Virus record (IMG/VR): IMGVR_UViG_3300032007_000039
From: an uncultured virus (IMG/VR IMGVR_UViG_3300032007_000039)
Taxonomy: Duplodnaviria > Heunggongvirae > Uroviricota > Caudoviricetes
Direction: 5' to 3' (one strand)
DNA: 64,000 nucleotides
The position numbers were made by a program, and so were the translations under genes. This document shows, one piece after another, positions 43,789-53,895 of the stretch (position 1 is the first letter of the stretch; every line of letters starts with the position of its first letter). Under the pieces are notes generated by a model. The model did no database searches. It was not told the origin of the DNA and saw nothing but the letters and a program-made list of their open reading frames with translations.

Positions 43789-44163
43789 TTATTTTGTTTT
43801 AGACAAATTATCCCAAAAACTTTGTGACGGTTTAGCAGATGAAAGAATATAAATATCCAACCCTTCATTATTTCCAACACATTCAAATCCACTAGATTTA
43901 TATAAATTAACTGCTACTGTATTGTCAGGTGCTACACACAAAGCATTTGCTCCTTTTTTCAAGCAATAATCAAATAATGTCCTGCCTAATCCTTGACCTC
44001 TAAATTGTGGTTCAATTTCTAAATTACCTACCCATGTAAGATTATCAGATGAATATTTGTATAAATCTACTGTACCTAAATAAGTAGCCCCGTTATACAT
44101 ATTAATATTCGTTTTATTTCCTTCTTGTTCTTCTTCAAATTTGATATTAGCTAAACGTTTCAT
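43789..44163 (-). CDS. GNAT-family acetyltransferase
   Basis: IEPQFRGQGLGRTL...N..AVNLYKSSGF. Confidence 0.9.
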   Translation of the reverse strand: MKRLANIKFEEEQEGNKTNINMYNGATYLGTVDLYKYSSDNLTWVGNLEIEPQFRGQGLGRTLFDYCLKKGANALCVAPDNTVAVNLYKSSGFECVGNNEGLDIYILSSAKPSQSFWDNLSKTK

Positions 44164-44253
44164 AATATTATCTCCTATATAAAACATTTTACATTATTAT
44201 TATATCGGTATCTACCACTATTTATTATATTTATAGAAGGGTGGAATACAATA

Positions 44254-44655
44254 ATGGATAATCCGTATGAAAAATTACAGCCTAAATCATTTACTCTATT
44301 GGCAGAACAACAAATAAATGATATTAATCATAAAGGGATTATGGGTAAAAATCTATTTATCAAAACATGTATAAATAATATGTATGATTACATAGATGAA
44401 TTTTATTTTGATTTGTTTACAAATCACATAGACATATTTTATTTTATGACGGTTTACGATAATGGCAACGAAAATATTATTGACAAAAAATTAAGAGACA
44501 TTATAACTAACACATTCATACAAAGTTATTTGCATATTGTCAACAATAATTTATTAGATAAAAATATATTCAATCAGTCACTTATAAATAAAACAATCAA
44601 ACAAGTTTTTGATAACCCTAGAAAAGTAAATATGCTTTATAAAAAGAACAATTAA
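44254..44655 (+). CDS. hypothetical protein
   Basis: ORF track. Confidence 0.65.
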   Translation: MDNPYEKLQPKSFTLLAEQQINDINHKGIMGKNLFIKTCINNMYDYIDEFYFDLFTNHIDIFYFMTVYDNGNENIIDKKLRDIITNTFIQSYLHIVNNNLLDKNIFNQSLINKTIKQVFDNPRKVNMLYKKNN

Positions 44656-44744
44656 ACCTTCTAAAATCGTTTGTATCACGTTTTAATCAACAAACAGATA
44701 TAGTTATATACGTTACATAATTTAACTATGCTACAATCGAAATT

Positions 44745-44782
44745 TGACATCCTCCAACGACTGAAGTCGTTGGATTCCTAAG
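44745..44782. mobile_element. IS200/IS605-like end hairpin (remnant)
   Basis: CATCCTCCAACGACTGAAGTCGTTGGATTCC. Confidence 0.5.
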
Positions 44783-44819
44783 TGACTAACGTTTCTTGCT
44801 ACCTCCACGGCAGTCTTAA

Positions 44820-45410
44820 TCATAAAGAAGCCCCTGCCTTTTTAAACTGGAAAAAAAGAATTCCACCTAAAGCATTTCCTAATACATTAGTTGCTAAGAA
44901 AGGAATATTAAAAGTTCCACACGCTGACATAAAGAAAAAGTTTGCTACACAGTGTTCAAACCCACAAAATACAAAGACCGTAACGCAGAAAATTACAAGC
45001 AAAGAATTCTTTTGAGTTTTCCACTCATTGACAGCTAAGAAAATAAGAATATTACAAAAGATAGCTTTGCAAAATACCATCAATAAAGTTTCGGACAATT
45101 TATTTTGTAATATAGTCGAAACATTGCTTTCAATTCCACAACCAAGGAAAACTAAAGCACAAAGACCAATTCCAATAAAATTACCGAATAAAACCGTTGC
45201 ATTATCCTTCAAACTTTTTAACGTAGGTGTAGAACTGCATACAAAACCTGTAAATAATTTAAAAGCATGAACACATACAGCTAAAAGACCTACTGAGAAA
45301 AGGACAGCCCCAATTAATTTATTAGGAGACACAGCAAGAGAAATACACCCTATACCAATGCTCCAACCTGCCAAAAAAGAAGAATATATATAAGATTTAA
45401 ATTCACTCAT
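44820..45410 (-). CDS. formate/nitrite transporter (FNT) family channel
   Basis: multiple TM helices; LFTG, GNFIG, AIFCNILI, GFEHCVAN, GNALGG. Confidence 0.9.
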   Translation of the reverse strand: MSEFKSYIYSSFLAGWSIGIGCISLAVSPNKLIGAVLFSVGLLAVCVHAFKLFTGFVCSSTPTLKSLKDNATVLFGNFIGIGLCALVFLGCGIESNVSTILQNKLSETLLMVFCKAIFCNILIFLAVNEWKTQKNSLLVIFCVTVFVFCGFEHCVANFFFMSACGTFNIPFLATNVLGNALGGILFFQFKKAGASL

Positions 45411-45434
45411 GCCAATCACTCTTTCTAACAAATA

Positions 45435-45935
45435 TTAACCTTCTAATATCTTATCAAAAAGGCAAACTTTTAATGGAATTTGAGAATAATATTCCCAATC
45501 ATTCATCAGTCTATCAAATTCATCTGCCCATTCAGAATATTTACGAATAATCAATAAAACAGGAACATTCTCTCGACAACTTTCCATAACAAATTCTTTT
45601 AAATCATCAATATCAACAAATTTATTCAAAATAGTCTCTGCGTTTCCACTAAAGAAAGTGCCATCATCTTTCATTACATAGAAATCATCATCATAAGAAA
45701 AATGCTCATTATCTTTAGAGTCAATAACTGGTCTAAAAATCTCTGCTTCTGCCTTAGAATAAATTTTCATCATATTTTCGTCTTTTTCAGCTTGAATATT
45801 ATAAAGCTCTACAACAGCTTCTTTAGGAAAAGAATCAAATACTTCAGAAAACTTATCTGTATGAGCATCAATTTGTTTTGCTAAATTATTGGAGTAGTCA
45901 ATTTCTTTTTTGTATTTCTCTTTTAAAAAGCCCAT
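45435..45935 (-). CDS. hypothetical protein
   Basis: ORF track. Confidence 0.8.
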   Translation of the reverse strand: MGFLKEKYKKEIDYSNNLAKQIDAHTDKFSEVFDSFPKEAVVELYNIQAEKDENMMKIYSKAEAEIFRPVIDSKDNEHFSYDDDFYVMKDDGTFFSGNAETILNKFVDIDDLKEFVMESCRENVPVLLIIRKYSEWADEFDRLMNDWEYYSQIPLKVCLFDKILEG

Positions 45936-45951
45936 ATTTCAACTTCCTTTC

Positions 45952-46434
45952 TTAACGAAAATATTCAACATAATTATCAATAATATATTTTGTATCTTTA
46001 TAAATCTCTTTATCAAACTTATTCACTAAAACAGTTGGTTCATTATCAGAAGGATTTTCCTTCCAATAATCAATGTCTATCCAATCCTCAAATTCTCCCC
46101 AAAAAGCATTATAATCTTTTGTTTTACCTCTGATATCTATAAAATTATCTTCTTCATCTATACAAAAAGAATGAATAAGGCTTTTTTCGTATGAATACAC
46201 ATTTACAATTTTATATCCAAACTGTTTATGTAATCTTAATGCAAAAATATTGCAAAATCCATGAAGAAAATCATACAGACTTAATTTATTTTCAGAGTTT
46301 GGAATAAAACAAGGTTCTTTATCATTGTTAATAACAATAATATCTTCCAAAAAAGAAAAATCTGTATTTTTATTATCATTAAATATTACTGCCCCTTCAC
46401 GATAAAAATCTTGTAATTCCATATCTTTGAACAT
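45952..46434 (-). CDS. hypothetical protein (HGFCNIFA..LH...HSFC...DIRG)
   Basis: cassette. Confidence 0.8.
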   Translation of the reverse strand: MFKDMELQDFYREGAVIFNDNKNTDFSFLEDIIVINNDKEPCFIPNSENKLSLYDFLHGFCNIFALRLHKQFGYKIVNVYSYEKSLIHSFCIDEEDNFIDIRGKTKDYNAFWGEFEDWIDIDYWKENPSDNEPTVLVNKFDKEIYKDTKYIIDNYVEYFR

Positions 46435-46633
46435 TGTAACTCATTCCTTTCAATACTGTTTATCTCTATGGTTATAGAATATCACATATATAGCTTTTTG
46501 TAAAGATGTTTTTTATATATTTTTGAATTACAAACTTTTGAATAAAACATTTTACAAAAGTACATTAAACAAAAATGCAAAATGTTTTATTTTTATATAT
46601 CAAAATAGGCAGGATATTTCACCTGCCTATTTT

Positions 46634-47161
46634 TTATTTCTTGATACGCTTACGATTTTTCAAACCGATACGAAATGAATAACCGTTATCCATAACATAT
46701 TTCAAGTAGTCTCTTAATTCCTGTTCATTGTAAATACCTCTTACACAAATCTCTTTTGCAATCATACAATCTGTGTTATCTTTTTCATTATACATGATAT
46801 AAAGCAAATTGCCTTTATCCACAAACTGTTTCACACTATCTTTAGCTCGTTTAACGCTATTCCACAAACCATTATAAAAGTCAATAACCTTAATGCTATC
46901 ACTTGTATGACTTGTGAAAATCTGTGTATCTTCTTCATCACCGAACCACTTATCACAAGTATTGACAAGATACTTGTGCCATTGTGCTACCGTCTTAACA
47001 GGTTTTTCACCATCGAAAGAAAACCATAAGCGTTCATAAACCTCCCTTCTTGTTGTATAATTAAACTCTGTACAATTCGATGAACCAATGCACCAAAGTA
47101 AAAGAACTTCATCGTTTGAAAGTTTAATGCCTACACGGTCATACATAATTGAATAACTCAT
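46634..47161 (-). CDS. hypothetical protein
   Basis: GGGAGG RBS before ATG 47161. Confidence 0.85.
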   Translation of the reverse strand: MSYSIMYDRVGIKLSNDEVLLLWCIGSSNCTEFNYTTRREVYERLWFSFDGEKPVKTVAQWHKYLVNTCDKWFGDEEDTQIFTSHTSDSIKVIDFYNGLWNSVKRAKDSVKQFVDKGNLLYIMYNEKDNTDCMIAKEICVRGIYNEQELRDYLKYVMDNGYSFRIGLKNRKRIKK

Positions 47162-47441
47162 TTCAATTACCTCCCAATCGAACCTGTGAACCTCTTTATG
47201 TTTATATATTATCACATCTTAGATACTTTGTCAAGAATTTTTTTATTTTATTTCTCTCAAAACATGTTTTGTTTCTATGGTTATATATTACCACATATAT
47301 ATAATATTGTCAACAATTTTTTTATATAAATAGATATAATAAAACATTTTACAAACAAACTAGTTCCATTGAAAAAATGTAAAATGTTTTATATCAAAAT
47401 CATTTAGTAAAGCGATAGGAAATTTCCTATCGCTTTACCCA

Positions 47442-47813
47442 TCATATTTGTCTCATTCGTTTATCAACACTTTGCATACATTCAATCGCTTTTTGTCTGA
47501 TTGATTTCTCATGACCTGTATAATAACGTTTCAACAATTTATCGTATTGCATACAAAAAAAGTCTTTTTCGTTACTAGTTAATGTCTCCACATCAAAATC
47601 AATCTGAACGTTTTTACCGAATTGCTTTCGCATAATATCAGTAAAGCTAGTTTGCATACCGAATTTGATAAACGTTTGTTCATCGAACAACATCGAACTT
47701 GCTCGTCGTTTTACATCTAAGCAATTTGCATAGCAACAAACGATAACACTCTGCCCATTGTCGCTCAAGAACTTCAAAACTTGTTGACGAATATGCTTAT
47801 TATCCATAAGCAC
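47442..47813 (-). CDS. hypothetical protein, paralog of 48087..48440
   Basis: V.KFL.DNG...YAN.LD.KR...TF...MQ..F...M..FG. Confidence 0.85.
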   Translation of the reverse strand: MLMDNKHIRQQVLKFLSDNGQSVIVCCYANCLDVKRRASSMLFDEQTFIKFGMQTSFTDIMRKQFGKNVQIDFDVETLTSNEKDFFCMQYDKLLKRYYTGHEKSIRQKAIECMQSVDKRMRQI

Positions 47814-48086
47814 ACCTCCTATTTAATTGTTAGAGAACTTATTCGGAACAATCTCTCCTGTTCCTTACATTGTACATGATAGCACGCTAGCTACATATTG
47901 TCAATGGAATTTGTATAATTCTAATATGCTTCTAATGATAAATTTTACAGATAAAACATTTTACAAAATATCAGTATCATTGAAAAAGTGTAAAATGTTT
48001 TATTCATTTTATAATTTTATCAGATAAAACATTTTACAAAAAAAGCAATATAAAAATAGGGAATGAAAAATCATTCCCTATGATAA

Positions 48087-48440
48087 TTATGATATATTAT
48101 CAATTTTTTTAATCAGTTCTTTTGCATCGTTGATAACATGACTTTTATCATTATCAAAATACTTTTGTCTTAATTGTTCATACCTAAATTTCAATGTAGC
48201 ATATTGAACATCATACTTACCATCATTAAAACATTCTTGCATAAATTGTGTTTCTACTTGTCTACCAAATTTACGTTTCATTGTAGAAATGAAATATTGT
48301 TGCATAGCCATATTAACAAAAGTATCGTTATCAAATTTAAGCATTTTCTTTCGTTTCAAATCTAAGTAGTTTGCATATCCACCAACAATTAATTTTTCCC
48401 CATTATCATTGAGAAACTTAATAACTTCATCTTTAAGCAT
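48087..48440 (-). CDS. hypothetical protein, paralog of 47442..47813
   Basis: similarity, GGGAGG RBS. Confidence 0.85.
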   Translation of the reverse strand: MLKDEVIKFLNDNGEKLIVGGYANYLDLKRKKMLKFDNDTFVNMAMQQYFISTMKRKFGRQVETQFMQECFNDGKYDVQYATLKFRYEQLRQKYFDNDKSHVINDAKELIKKIDNIS

Positions 48441-48688
48441 ACAAATTACCTCCCTATTAAACCTACTATGATTTTATCAAAAATCCATATATATGTCAAG
48501 ATAATTTTTTTGTAAAATGTTTTATGTTATACTTCTATATAAAACATTTTACAAATTGTTGTTTTGACCTTTTTTTGTAAAATGTTTTATTATATGGCAT
48601 ATGATAATTATTATCAATAATACAATAAAAGTATATCTTTGAGCAATATTAAAAACTGCTTTTTTTTGAAAATCAAAAATTTAGGTAT

Positions 48689-48824
48689 GGGGGGGTCAAA
48701 AAATCAGGAGGGGGGGTAGTATAAATTTGTTTCAAAAATTAAGTTAATCAATTTATAATAAAATAGCTTAAAAAATTTTTAAAAATTATTTTTTTTCTAA
48801 TTCAAGAAAATCAGCATGGGGGGG
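48689..48824. other. three G7 runs embedded in A/T tracts at the right border of the cassette array
   Basis: G runs at 48689-95, 48710-16 and 48818-24. Confidence 0.8.
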
Positions 48825-48832
48825 TGGCAAAA

Positions 48833-49672
48833 TTATACAATTCTTTTAACAAATCTATTTTTATTATTATATAAATATATTTTTTTATATCCAACATCTT
48901 TTAATTTATTTATAAGTTTATATAATGATATACCTTGCATAGTTTCAATAAAGGCAAGTTGATTGACTTTATGACCAAACGCACAAGAATGAATATTTAT
49001 ATCTTTTAATTCATTTTTATCTAATCTAACTTGTCTTTTATCTGATATAAAATCAATATGATTATTATTACACCAACGCAATAAACATTTTGTATGTGAT
49101 TCTTTTTGTTTTGTTTCTAAATATATATTTGGCTTGATATAAATCCATCCATTGTCTCTTGTATCAAAATCTAATTGTCTATTAATTTTAACCACTTGAC
49201 CTATAGAATCATTATATGTATATAATTCTTTTATATCTTTAATTTCATTTATATTGCCGAAACCACAATACTTTTTTGTATATAATGGATTATCGCGCAT
49301 ATACTTCATTATATCTTTTAACCAATTGGTACAAGCATTATTACATATATAATCATTCTCAACATAATTAACTATTAATGAATAAGGTATTTTCTGATTA
49401 TATTTTTTACTAATTTCAAATTCCATTTTTTTTGATAGGGGGGTATCTTTTATAAGAGCAAAAAAATGTTTTAGTGAACAATTATTAAATTGATTATATT
49501 TTTTCAAATTATAATAAAAAGTTTGATTATTTTCTTGATTATTTTCTTTTAAAGCTAAACCATTTTTTAGAATATTATTAAAATTATTTATATCAAAAAC
49601 AGTATGGAAATAATTTGCAATTTCCATACTATCAAAAACATTTTTTATATAATTTAATTTTCTATTTTTCAC
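48833..49672 (-). CDS. hypothetical protein
   Basis: ORF track. Confidence 0.75.
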   Translation of the reverse strand: MKNRKLNYIKNVFDSMEIANYFHTVFDINNFNNILKNGLALKENNQENNQTFYYNLKKYNQFNNCSLKHFFALIKDTPLSKKMEFEISKKYNQKIPYSLIVNYVENDYICNNACTNWLKDIMKYMRDNPLYTKKYCGFGNINEIKDIKELYTYNDSIGQVVKINRQLDFDTRDNGWIYIKPNIYLETKQKESHTKCLLRWCNNNHIDFISDKRQVRLDKNELKDINIHSCAFGHKVNQLAFIETMQGISLYKLINKLKDVGYKKIYLYNNKNRFVKRIV

Positions 49673-50094
49673 TTAATAATTTCCTCTGCATATCCATTAT
49701 TAATTGTATATACGATTCGTTTAATACCAACTTTTTTAATTAGTGTGTAACAAGCATTACATGGTCTACAACATTTTAACCATTTTTCAGTAGCATCACA
49801 ACGATAAATATACATAGTACAACCATATAAATCTTCATTTGAATTAACAATTGCAGAAATTTCTGCATGAATGTGATGTTGAAATTTTACATCATTATAA
49901 TAACTTAAATATCTATCGTAATATTTTTGTATGGGATGGGTCTTTTTACTATTTTTACCAACAGAAATAATGCGATTTTTCTTTACAATAACTGCGCCTA
50001 TATGTACAATTCTATGTTGCATAGTTGTTCTAAAAGTAGATGTTTTAGAAACGGCTTCGGCAATACGCATAAACTTTTTATCTTTTTTTGTCAC
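49669..50094 (-). CDS. cytidine/dCMP deaminase-family zinc protein
   Basis: IGAVIV...HAE...PCNAC. Confidence 0.9.
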   Translation of the reverse strand: MTKKDKKFMRIAEAVSKTSTFRTTMQHRIVHIGAVIVKKNRIISVGKNSKKTHPIQKYYDRYLSYYNDVKFQHHIHAEISAIVNSNEDLYGCTMYIYRCDATEKWLKCCRPCNACYTLIKKVGIKRIVYTINNGYAEEIIK

Positions 50095-50202
50095 ACGAAC
50101 ACATATCCTTTTTAAGTTGATTGACTTTTATTGATATTATATCACATTATTTTATTATATGTCAATCAAAAAAACTAACCAATATTGGTTAGTTTTTATA
50201 TA

Positions 50203-50820
50203 TTATTCTTGATTTTGTTCGCTATCGTATTGTTGTTTATACCATGTAGCTTTGCCACGAAGTACATTGCCGCCCGTTACAGGGTCGCTATGGTCTGATG
50301 TATAATAAGAACTTTCTTCTGTTCCTAAATACTGTAAATCCCATCTTTCAACAGTATACTGTGGTCCGTAACAATCATCTTCTGAATATGTATATATTCC
50401 ATCAATACTATCTGCTGCTTCTCCATGTGTCATAACATGGTCTGTATCAATCGTAAGCCAAAGTGCGTCTGCTACTTTCCAAATTACTTGTGCCATAACC
50501 TCAATTTGGTCTGCCGTAGGAGCATAAGAGCCTAAATCATTTGTTGTAGCACCATAAGCGCAACAAAGACTAATTCCAATAGCACCACTATTTCTACGCC
50601 ACGTATGATTTAACACTTCTGATAAATCATCTGTAGCTACATAAATAGAACCATCACCTGTAATGTTAATATGGTAATCATCAAAACAAGTATCATAACG
50701 TCCTGCTGACCAATGCAAATAAATTTTTGGTTCACGTCCATACTGACCTGCAATATTCCAAATAGCCTGACGAGCATCAGAAGCCAACTGATAAACTTCA
50801 TCTAATGTAACTTGTCTCAT
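50203..50820 (-). CDS. N-acetylmuramoyl-L-alanine amidase (Amidase_2-like)
   Basis: IYLHWSAG...YHINI..DG...HTWRRNSGAIGIS...VMTHGE. Confidence 0.85.
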   Translation of the reverse strand: MRQVTLDEVYQLASDARQAIWNIAGQYGREPKIYLHWSAGRYDTCFDDYHINITGDGSIYVATDDLSEVLNHTWRRNSGAIGISLCCAYGATTNDLGSYAPTADQIEVMAQVIWKVADALWLTIDTDHVMTHGEAADSIDGIYTYSEDDCYGPQYTVERWDLQYLGTEESSYYTSDHSDPVTGGNVLRGKATWYKQQYDSEQNQE

Positions 50821-50932
50821 TATATAACCTCCGTTTCTTATAAAAGAAACAATTAAAAAAGTTTTTTATCTACAATTAACATATATAAAAAATTAAATAA
50901 AATCACGTTTTTGTATACTATACTAATAATAA

Positions 50933-52183
50933 TTAAATAGATACAATAATTTTAAAATCCAATTGTACATCTGCATCGTTATATAATGTAATGGAATTTT
51001 TACTATTGTATGCTAATGTACAAACACCTTCTGCATTAATATATTTATTAATAGTACGTGAACCAGATATAGTATCTTTAACAAGTACTTTTATTTGCAT
51101 GGAATATAAATCCATTGTGCTATCATAATTAATAGTGGTATTTCCACCCGCATTAATAGTTTTATCTTGTACATTTACATTTGGTTTTATAACTTTTTTT
51201 AAAGCATTAATGGCATTTGTATTATTTGTAATATTTGTAGTATTTGTATTAATTTTAGGTATAATTATACTATCTATATCATTTTCAACATCGTTTAATT
51301 GAGAAGTTAAATCTGTTAATTTTGGATTAATTGTATTATTAATTGTATTAACCGCAGATAATGCTTTATTATAAGCATTATTTGTTAAATTGTTAATAGA
51401 TGATATTGTTGTATTATTTATTGTATTTATATCAGATTTTATACTATCAATTTGTGATTGAATACTTCCGCTTGAAGAACTGCCACCAGAACCATTTAAT
51501 TGTGTATTTAAACTATTTATTTTATTTTCTAGTGACGTTAAACGACCATCTTGTATTCCATTTTTATTATTAATATTTGTAATACTACTATTTACATTTG
51601 TTTTAAATGAAGATAACTGATTTGATAAATTACCAATAGATGTTTTATTGTTACTTACATCTATTTTTAATTGATTTATATCAGATTCATCATTAGTTAA
51701 TCTAGTATTTAAATTGGCTATTTTAGTATCTAATCCGGTTCCACTACCTGAACCGCCACCAGTACCGCCAGTATATGTACCACCTGTAGTTGCTTGGTCT
51801 ATTTTTTTAACAACTGTTGTTAAATTCGTTAAATTATTTGTTGTATTGGAAATATTTGTAGTGTTGGTATGAACTTGATTTGTAAGGTTTGTTAAATTCG
51901 TTGTATTCGTATTTGCTATTTTTGTAGCATTATCTATATCTTTACGTATTTTATCTACTTCTGCTTGTATTAAAACAGGTTGTGCGTTTTTTAAAGCAGT
52001 TACTTGACTTTTTACTAATGTAATTTCAGAGTCATTATTAGCTATCAAACCTTTTAATATAGCTATATCTTTTTTATTTTGTTCTGAAACACTTTTGTTC
52101 GTATCTATTTGTTCATCATATAAATCTATATCATTATTTGAATCAAGTACAATATTAACGTTTTTACTTTGTAATGTAGCCAA
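50933..52183 (-). CDS. N/T-rich coiled-coil protein, probable tail fibre or structural protein
   Basis: heptad repeats with Gly-rich hinges. Confidence 0.65.
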   Translation of the reverse strand: MATLQSKNVNIVLDSNNDIDLYDEQIDTNKSVSEQNKKDIAILKGLIANNDSEITLVKSQVTALKNAQPVLIQAEVDKIRKDIDNATKIANTNTTNLTNLTNQVHTNTTNISNTTNNLTNLTTVVKKIDQATTGGTYTGGTGGGSGSGTGLDTKIANLNTRLTNDESDINQLKIDVSNNKTSIGNLSNQLSSFKTNVNSSITNINNKNGIQDGRLTSLENKINSLNTQLNGSGGSSSSGSIQSQIDSIKSDINTINNTTISSINNLTNNAYNKALSAVNTINNTINPKLTDLTSQLNDVENDIDSIIIPKINTNTTNITNNTNAINALKKVIKPNVNVQDKTINAGGNTTINYDSTMDLYSMQIKVLVKDTISGSRTINKYINAEGVCTLAYNSKNSITLYNDADVQLDFKIIVSI

Positions 52184-52184
52184 T

Positions 52185-52742
52185 TCAATCCACCTCCTTC
52201 ATCCGTTGTTCTATATACTTAATTTCATCATTAATTTTTTCTATATTTACCAATACATCTGATAAACGAATATTATTATTATTTACATTTTCTTCATTGG
52301 TAGCTATACGTGCATTAGTCAAAGGAATACCATTTTCTTTAAGAGATATAATATCCCAATACATTTTGTCTATATCATCTTTTAATATTTTCAATTCGTT
52401 TATGTCATTTTTCAAATTTTTATTTTCTCTACGTTGACTAATGACAAATTCATTCAATGAATTTTTTATATCTCTTAGCTGAACATCTGTAATGTTTGAT
52501 TTCATAAAATATTCTTGTATATAATCAACAGAATTCATTACTCTAGTAATTTTACTATCTATTCCTTCTACTTGTTCTTTTATAACGCGATATTGTTCTT
52601 GTAGCAAATCTATCGCTTCTTGATGTTCCGTCACTTGTTGTTGTATTACATCTAAAACATTCGGTTCTTGACCATTTTCTTTTGTATCAGGATTGCTTTC
52701 ATTCTGTTGTTCGTCTTTTTTATATGTATCAGAAACTAACAT
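52185..52742 (-). CDS. coiled-coil hypothetical protein
   Basis: ORF track. Confidence 0.75.
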   Translation of the reverse strand: MLVSDTYKKDEQQNESNPDTKENGQEPNVLDVIQQQVTEHQEAIDLLQEQYRVIKEQVEGIDSKITRVMNSVDYIQEYFMKSNITDVQLRDIKNSLNEFVISQRRENKNLKNDINELKILKDDIDKMYWDIISLKENGIPLTNARIATNEENVNNNNIRLSDVLVNIEKINDEIKYIEQRMKEVD

Positions 52743-52861
52743 AATATATATCACCACCAATTTTTATTCATCTAAATAATACATATTAAAACTATATAAA
52801 AAAATGTTTGTTTTATCTATATAAAAAATCCCCTGCTCTTTTGAGCAGGGGGGTAGTTGAC

Positions 52862-53722
52862 TTAATAGTTATCTTTTTCTTCTTCCATAACACCTGTGTA
52901 TACCATATAAAACTCGGTATTATCATCAGTAAAGTCAACCGTTTTAAAGTCGCTTTCATCTATTGCCATTTTTTCAACAATATCCCAATTGTCACCCTTC
53001 ATAAAGTCTTTTTCATCAATGTCTTTAATAACATTACCACCTTTATACCACAAATTCATCTTGCCAAAACTTTCATCCTCTTTCAAGAATACTTTCGTAA
53101 TAAAAGGTGTGTTTTTCGGAATTGCAAGATAGCTGTTACGATTAGCAGGTGTATCCGTCAAGCGATAAAGCATCTGCCCATATGGAAGCTGACGAAGTTC
53201 AACAGTACCGTCTGCCTTGCGAATGGGAATATACATATAATGAACACAATTAATGTATTCATCATGTTTCAAACACTCAAACTCCATATCACCATTCTTT
53301 ACCTTCAATTCCACATTTTCTGCATTCTGAAAATTGGAATTAGAAATGGTAATGGCTTTATGACCTGTAAGTTTCTGTAAAGTCAGTTCCTTTGCGACTT
53401 CCTTCTTGATTTCAGAATTGGAAAAATTCTCTTTGAACGTCTTGTATTTACCACATTCCACAAATCTATTTCCTTCATCATTCAGTTTATACGCAATAAC
53501 ACCACGTTTAGGAACATTAATGCAATAAACATCGGACTTACGAGCAAACACGAAACGTTCACACGACGTTGCCCTTGGGTCATCACTAAACATACGACTA
53601 AAAAGTGCAGAACGATGAACAGTATTCTCTGTAATTTTACCATTTGCGTCATAAACCATTTTTTTAAGCTCCGTAAATGCAGGAACTTCAATTCTTGCCA
53701 AACGATACATCTGATTATCCAT
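52862..53722 (-). CDS. hypothetical protein
   Basis: promoter, AAGGAG RBS, terminator. Confidence 0.85.
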   Translation of the reverse strand: MDNQMYRLARIEVPAFTELKKMVYDANGKITENTVHRSALFSRMFSDDPRATSCERFVFARKSDVYCINVPKRGVIAYKLNDEGNRFVECGKYKTFKENFSNSEIKKEVAKELTLQKLTGHKAITISNSNFQNAENVELKVKNGDMEFECLKHDEYINCVHYMYIPIRKADGTVELRQLPYGQMLYRLTDTPANRNSYLAIPKNTPFITKVFLKEDESFGKMNLWYKGGNVIKDIDEKDFMKGDNWDIVEKMAIDESDFKTVDFTDDNTEFYMVYTGVMEEEKDNY

Positions 53723-53895
53723 TATTGACCTCTCCTTTAATGTCTTAATATTTTCCTTGTACTTATATGTTACCATATTTAAAATGATTTGTCAACACTT
53801 TTTTGAATATCTTGTTGAAAAACTTTTATCTTTATTATATCAAACATTAAAAAAGTCAATAGAAAAAGGTCACTATATTTCAAGTGACCTATATA

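Larger units (their letters stand above)
8023..48589. repeat. dispersed intergenic 14-bp motif TAAAACATTTTACA / TGTAAAATGTTTTA, about 70-75 copies, mostly inverted pairs or triples
   Basis: e.g. 8023/8062, 8828/8863/8917, 16199/16233, 18901/18935, 29538/29576, 48511/48540/48576; two outliers at ~2586/2652; none seen after 48.6 kb. Confidence 0.97.

Noticed and set aside
20654..47215. Apparent shared N-terminal peptide M(I/V)IYNHREK in several ORFs
   Set aside because: Artefact of translating the conserved promoter-leader DNA. The likely real starts follow GGAGG further downstream.
8023..48589. CRISPR array built from the 14-bp motif with 20-25 nt spacers
   Set aside because: Repeats are short, inverted and dispersed in groups of one to three between genes. 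No cas genes; VapD is only fold-related to Cas2.
10219..53380. Long antisense ORFs such as 10219..10866, 11590..12138, 23184..23924 and 52808..53380
   Set aside because: They shadow genes that have a promoter, RBS and terminator on the opposite strand.
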